From an uncultured delta proteobacterium (GTDB taxonomy: Bacteria; Desulfobacterota; Binatia; UBA9968): a stretch of DNA of 64,000 nucleotides. The DNA is taken from assembly GCA_963804165.1 (NCBI GenBank), contig CAWDPO010000046.1:320001-384000 (forward strand), read 5' to 3'. Under the pieces are notes generated by a model, which made no database searches, was not told the DNA's origin, and worked only from the letters and a program-made list of their open reading frames with translations. Below, piece by piece: positions 59,197-64,000 of the stretch. Each line of letters starts with the position of its first letter. Within the stretch, counting starts at the first letter, position 1. The translations under genes and the position numbers were made by a program.

Positions 59197-60012
59197 TCAT
59201 TTTTCCGCCACGTCGATCAACACACCGTCGGGATCGGCGATGAAGTGCTGGCCTAAGCAGCAGCGGCGAAAGTCTTCTTCGTTCTTCTTGCCGTTGCCGC
59301 CCACCCCGAGTTTGCCTCCCGCCGATTCTGGCGCTGACCCGGCGAGCGCAGCTAAATCCTCTTTTACGCACTCAACGCTTTCTACTTTGAAGCCGATATG
59401 GTCGAGCCCTTCGCGTAGGCCGCGATAGAGGCTGTTGTCTCGCGGACGGAGTAAGAGCTTCACTTTCCCGTCGGTCATGCAGATCGAACCGTCGTCGCGA
59501 TAGGTTTCCGCTTCCTTGAGCTCAAAGATCTTTTCGTAGAACTCGGCCACTTGCGACGGATCGTTGGCACGGATCGAGATATGATTGATCCAACGCGGCT
59601 GATCCCAACCGGTCTCGTTATAGCCTTCGCGGACGTTGGCGACATGCGCTTGGGCGATATCGAACTGGGCGCCGGCGGGGTCGTAGCTGCGCAGCCCAGC
59701 GAAGGGAACATAGTCAAGCCCTTTGGCGATCATGGTTTTGGGATAATGCTGCTCCATGCGCCGGACGAATTCTTCGATGTCACTCACCTCATAACCATAG
59801 TGATCCATGCCCGATTGCATGCCGGCGTAGCGCGATAGGATCGCCAGCCCGATGACGCCGTCGCTGATGTGGCCGCGATTGGTATTCTGTTTACCGGTTT
59901 CGTCAAGCGTTCCGCTGGTCATCCGTCGCATGCCGAAAACAGTCTGGTAGAAATTATCGACTGCGGCGTGATTGTGCGTGTACATGGCGACGTGGCGAAT
60001 TTTCGCGATCAT
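59197..60012 (-). CDS. Tandem two-domain VOC family protein
   Basis: RHVAM, SDG.IGLA, DHYGY; HISI, DHIGF, DPDG. Confidence 0.85.
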   Translation of the reverse strand: MIAKIRHVAMYTHNHAAVDNFYQTVFGMRRMTSGTLDETGKQNTNRGHISDGVIGLAILSRYAGMQSGMDHYGYEVSDIEEFVRRMEQHYPKTMIAKGLDYVPFAGLRSYDPAGAQFDIAQAHVANVREGYNETGWDQPRWINHISIRANDPSQVAEFYEKIFELKEAETYRDDGSICMTDGKVKLLLRPRDNSLYRGLREGLDHIGFKVESVECVKEDLAALAGSAPESAGGKLGVGGNGKKNEEDFRRCCLGQHFIADPDGVLIDVAEK

Positions 60013-60135
60013 CGTCGGCCCTCCTTGAGTTAGCTCTGATCGGTTCTATGGGAGCGAGGTTGATGTTGTCAAGCGGCGAAGCTAACGAGAATCGGTATTC
60101 GGTCGGTGATGTCGTGCGTGACTGTCGTGAGGTAT

Positions 60136-60950
60136 TTAACCGCCGCGTGTTAGAAACTCTCTAATAGTTCGATGTGCCTCATACGGATTGGTCATGAAAT
60201 AGTTATGTGCCTCGTTCGGCATCACGGCGAAAGTTCCATTGGATAACTCATTCGCGAGCACCTCAGCCGCGGCTCGATGCGACGAGCCGGTTGCCGAGCC
60301 GTGATCATGCTCGCCGACCAGCACCAGGGTCGGCTGTCGGATATCCTTAAGGCGCGCGCTCAAATCGCAGGCTTGGCGCGCGACGACATGGCGCAGGTAG
60401 TCTTCCAAGGCCGGCAGGTTGTTCATGCGAATTCGCAGAAAAATTTCCACTCGATCGGGATGCTGTTTGATGTATTCGGCTATCCAGCCGACTTCGAGGG
60501 TATGCTCGCGGACATATTTCTCGTAGCCCCATTCAACCATTTCCTTGCACATTTTGAACGGGATCGGCGGTGCACCGGCGATCGCCAGGGCCAACCGAAG
60601 CGACGATAAGCTTCTTTACTTTCTCCGGATACTTGAGCGCCATCAGCATGGCTACGCGGCCGCCCATCGAGTGGCCCAGCACGATCGCCGGCGCCGGCGT
60701 TCAAGTGATCCAAGATTGCGATAGCGTCGTCGGCAAAGTCTTCGCACGAGTATTGTGTCGTCGGCCTGCTCGATTTGCCGGTGCCACGATAGTCATGTGT
60801 GATGACCATGTGATCGCGAGAAAACTCCGGAACTTGGTAAGTGTTCCAGATATCGCCGGCGCAGGCGGTCTCGCTGAAAAAAAGGATTGGTGTGCCGCTG
60901 CCGTAAACCTCGAAATGGATTTCAGTATCGTTCCGCGTTATGGAAGGCAT
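60136..60950 (-). CDS. Alpha/beta hydrolase (frameshifts near 60690 and 60595)
   Basis: YGSG.PI, DYRGTGKS, GHSMGG in alternative frame, PTLVLVGEHD, AH. Confidence 0.8.
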
Positions 60951-61275
60951 TGCTGATCCCTCAACGGTCCTCTATCCGTAGTGCAACGGACAACTAATGT
61001 GTGTTCCATTCGCGCCGGTGACATTGTGCAAGGATGTCGACGCGGGTCGCGGGTTGAGCAGCCGCGCGAAGCGCAGATTACGTGACACCTTTCTCTTTGG
61101 GCATGCTATAAGAGTAATTCGGCGACGATCGATTCTTTGGATAGCAGAGCGGCTTGTTAACGACAAGCACAAAGCAGCACGTGAGGCGTTTGCGAATCCA
61201 CGGGCGAAAGTTGACAATCTCAACGACAAAATAGATGTTGGCGTGAAGCAGAGAATCTAACCGAGGTCGAGGTCA

Positions 61276-61917
61276 ATGCAGCGCACTCAATTCATCATTG
61301 TCCGTCATGGCGAGACCGAGTGGAACATCAAGAGAATTCGTCAAGGTAATCTCGATAGCCGGCTGACGGAAAAAGGCGTGGCTCAAGCAAAGGCCTTGGC
61401 GCAGCGGCTGGCGCGGGAAAAATTTTCCGCGCTCTACAGTAGCGATCTCGGCCGGGCCGTGCAGACCGCAAAGGAGATCGCCGCGCTCACGGGTCATGAG
61501 ATCGTGACCGACGCTCGATTACGTGAACGTCACTTGGGAATCTTTCAGGGACTCAATGGCGATGAAATTGTCGCGAAGTATCCTGAAGAGCGGCGTCAGT
61601 TTCGCACGATGGGACCGGATTACGTGATCCCCGGCGGCGAAAGCATGCGCCAGCAAGTTTCGCGTAACGTCGCCTATCTAAATGAACTGGCGGCGAAGCA
61701 TCACGGCGAGCAGGTCGTCGTCGTCACTCATGGCGGCGTGGTCAGCGGTTTTTTTCGTCATACGTTGGAGATTCCGCTGGAGGCACCGCGCCGCTTTGAA
61801 TTCGTCAACGCCGGCATCAACGTTTTTGCGCGTGAGGAAGAAAATTGGATGCTGCTGACCTGGGGCGATGTGAGTCACTTGGCGCCGGGCGCGGCGAGCG
61901 AAGGGGATGACCCCTGA
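61276..61917 (+). CDS. Histidine phosphatase family protein (phosphoglycerate mutase-like)
   Basis: RHGET.WN, SSDL.RA.QTA, PGGES, VTHGG. Confidence 0.92.
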   Translation: MQRTQFIIVRHGETEWNIKRIRQGNLDSRLTEKGVAQAKALAQRLAREKFSALYSSDLGRAVQTAKEIAALTGHEIVTDARLRERHLGIFQGLNGDEIVAKYPEERRQFRTMGPDYVIPGGESMRQQVSRNVAYLNELAAKHHGEQVVVVTHGGVVSGFFRHTLEIPLEAPRRFEFVNAGINVFAREEENWMLLTWGDVSHLAPGAASEGDDP

Positions 61918-61934
61918 CGCCGCCTTGCGGCGGC

Positions 61935-62070
61935 GGTTCCAAACGTTCCAGTTGCCGCTGCGCGGCCGTTCCAATAGTTCCAGTCGTTCAAGCTGTTCGG
62001 TTTAGAGTCGACAATCTCGCGTCCGGTGCAAACGACTGGAACCACTGAAACGATTGGAACGATTGAAACC
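61935..62070. repeat. 9-nt tandem-repeat palindrome (family of 43121-43204)
   Basis: GTTCCAAAC/GTTCCAATA/GTTCCAGTC left arm; GACTGGAAC/GATTGGAAC/GATTGAAAC right arm, between convergent genes. Confidence 0.75.
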
Positions 62071-62071
62071 C

Positions 62072-63541
62072 TCACGCCGCGCTTGATCGTTTCTCCATCC
62101 TGATCGTGAAACCGGGCTGTTTGATATAAACCTGGTTCGATTCCTTGCGTTTCGACAATTGCTCGATGATTTTCACTAACGGCTGAGTCGCGTCCAGGTA
62201 TTCGCGCGGTTTGCCGTGATCGGGCAGGGCCTTTACGTAATCCTCGCCGGCGAAGTAGTGTAAAATTAGATCTTCGTCGGAAAGGTGCGCGCCGTATTTC
62301 TGGCGAATCTCATGCAGCGTCGGCTCCGGTTGTTCCCAGTGCGTCCACTCTTTGGCGCGCGGGCGACTCAGAATCTTGTCTCTCACTTCCGGGTCCATGA
62401 ATTCGACCGCTTCTTTGCCCCAGATCCCAGGGCGTACTGAATATTTTGGTCGGGGACTTCTTTATAACGTTCCCCGACGATGACGTTGATCGCTGCTTGC
62501 GTGCCGACGAACTGCGACAACGGCGTGACCATGATCGGATAACCGAATTCGGCGCGCACGCGGCCGGCTTCTTCCAGCGCCGCTTCCATCTTGTGTTCCA
62601 TGCCGACGATCTTGAGCTGATGGCGCATGTTGGAAATCATGCCGCCGGGCACTTGGTGCCCGTAAAGCGCTTGATCGTACTCCACCGGCTTTCCGATCGG
62701 CAAGCCGTCCCGTATTGCGACTGCGGTAAAATGCTTAACTACGGGTTCCAGCGGTTTCAGGTCGACCTGCGGCGCGTAGCCGAGCGCTCTCAAATTGCTC
62801 GCGATGTTGAATACCGACGGCTGTGAGGTGCCGTTGGCAAGGGGTGGGATGGCGGTGTGCAGAATGCGCATGCCGAGCTTGACGCCTTCAAGGTAATTCA
62901 GCGGCGCTTGGCCGCTGTTGCAGTGGGCGTGAAACTCGACGGGAATTTTGCCGGCCGCTTTGAGTACCACCGGGATCAAAGTGCGCGCCCGTTCCGGCGA
63001 CAGCAAGCCGCCGACGTCTTTAAAACAAATGCGCCACGGTTTCGCCGCAGCGGCTTCCTTGGCTTTCCGCGCGTAGTATTCGTCGGTGTGGCGCGGCGAG
63101 ACCGAGTAGATCAGGTTCGCCACCGTATCCATGCCGTGTTTCTTGAGATCCTCGATTTCTTCTTTGAACGCGCTGTAATCGTTCCAGCAGTTCGACGTGC
63201 GGGTCAGCGTTAGACCGTAGGAAACCAGCCGTTCGACCAGGAGCTTCAAGAATGCAGTGCGGCGTTTTTTCGAAGGCGCTGTGCATGCCGCCGTGGTAGC
63301 GCAGGCGGGTTTTCTTAATCCGCTTGGTCCCTTCCTTGAGCCAGTACCAGGGATTTTCTTTGTGCTCGCGGACGTATTTTTTGAAGATCACGCTCAAAAA
63401 AAACTCCATCGATTCGAAGCCGGCTTCGTCCATGTGCGGCAGCGCCGGCAGCATGGAACCGATTTTCATATTGAGCGCCCAGAGGCTCTGGTTGCCGTCG
63501 CGCACGGTGGTGTCGATAAATCGGACTTCGTTGGTCATCAT
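62072..63541 (-). CDS. Pyruvate carboxylase B/OadA-like carboxyltransferase without biotinyl domain (paralog 3; frameshifts near 63250 and 62420)
   Basis: DTTVRDGNQSL, CFKDVGG, HAH, QVPGGM, MVTPLSQ across three ORFs. Confidence 0.8.
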
Positions 63542-63557
63542 GCCTCCGGAAAAAAGC

Positions 63558-63608
63558 GTTCCAATCGTTCCAGCCGTTCCAAGTAGTTCCAGATCAATGT
63601 TCCAGACG
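63558..63608. repeat. Single arm of the 9-nt GTTCCA repeat family
   Basis: CGTTCCAAT CGTTCCAGC CGTTCCAAGT AGTTCCAGA...GTTCCAGA. Confidence 0.6.
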
Positions 63609-63704
63609 GTGAAAGCCGTTGCTGAACTAGCGCTGCCCTGACTTTAGCGTTACTTATCTGTATAAATAATTTTGCACGACTTCAAATAGCGAGGATTCCG
63701 TATC

Positions 63705-64000
63705 ATGAAGAGTTACCGCAAAGAACTTTGGTTCAATACGCCGACCCGGGTGGCGTTCATCAATATTACCGGCCAAGTGCAGGAGTGCATTCGCGGACAG
63801 CGGCATCAAAGAAGGGCTGGCACTGGTCAATGCCATGCACATTACCGCGTCGGTCTTTATCAACGACGATGAATCGGGTTTGCATCATGATTATGCGGTC
63901 TGGCTGGAGAAGCTCGCGCCGCATGAGCCGATCAAGCAGTATCGCCATAACGATACCGGCGAGGACAACGCCGACGCCCATATTAAGCGACAAGTGATGG
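63705..64000 (+). CDS. yjbQ: YjbQ family (UPF0047) protein, partial; frameshift near 63795
   Basis: [10 protein letters not shown]...INIT..V; then [28 protein letters not shown]. Confidence 0.88.

Overview
GC-rich bacterial chromosomal window of about 56 protein-coding genes; no rRNA, tRNA, CRISPR array or intact transposase was seen. The repertoire (many orphan SsuA/NMT1-type and Bug solute-binding proteins, VOC, amidohydrolase, FAH and TPP enzymes) suggests a catabolically versatile heterotroph resembling Candidatus Binatia (inference, not tested). Recognisable blocks: three pyruvate-carboxylase-B/OadA-like carboxyltransferase paralogs (two complete ones lack a biotinyl domain; all have a remodelled substrate pocket); a LigAB dioxygenase plus two PanB-like enzymes lacking the canonical catalytic Glu; a NitT/TauT ABC transporter; a DUF1326-DUF2182-sulfite-oxidase-family trio; the prkA-yeaH-spoVR operon divergent from an orphan RfaH-like factor and a PDZ/GAF histidine kinase; a VOC-diiron-FAH-TPP cluster; a metallophosphoesterase coupled to a cNMP-domain MscS channel near a lone SLATT/DUF4231 gene. 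Intergenic DNA carries REP-like palindromes and a family of hairpins built from 7-, 8- or 9-nt tandem repeats. About 11 genes contain small indels, most likely long-read assembly errors. All family assignments come from motif recognition, not database searches.
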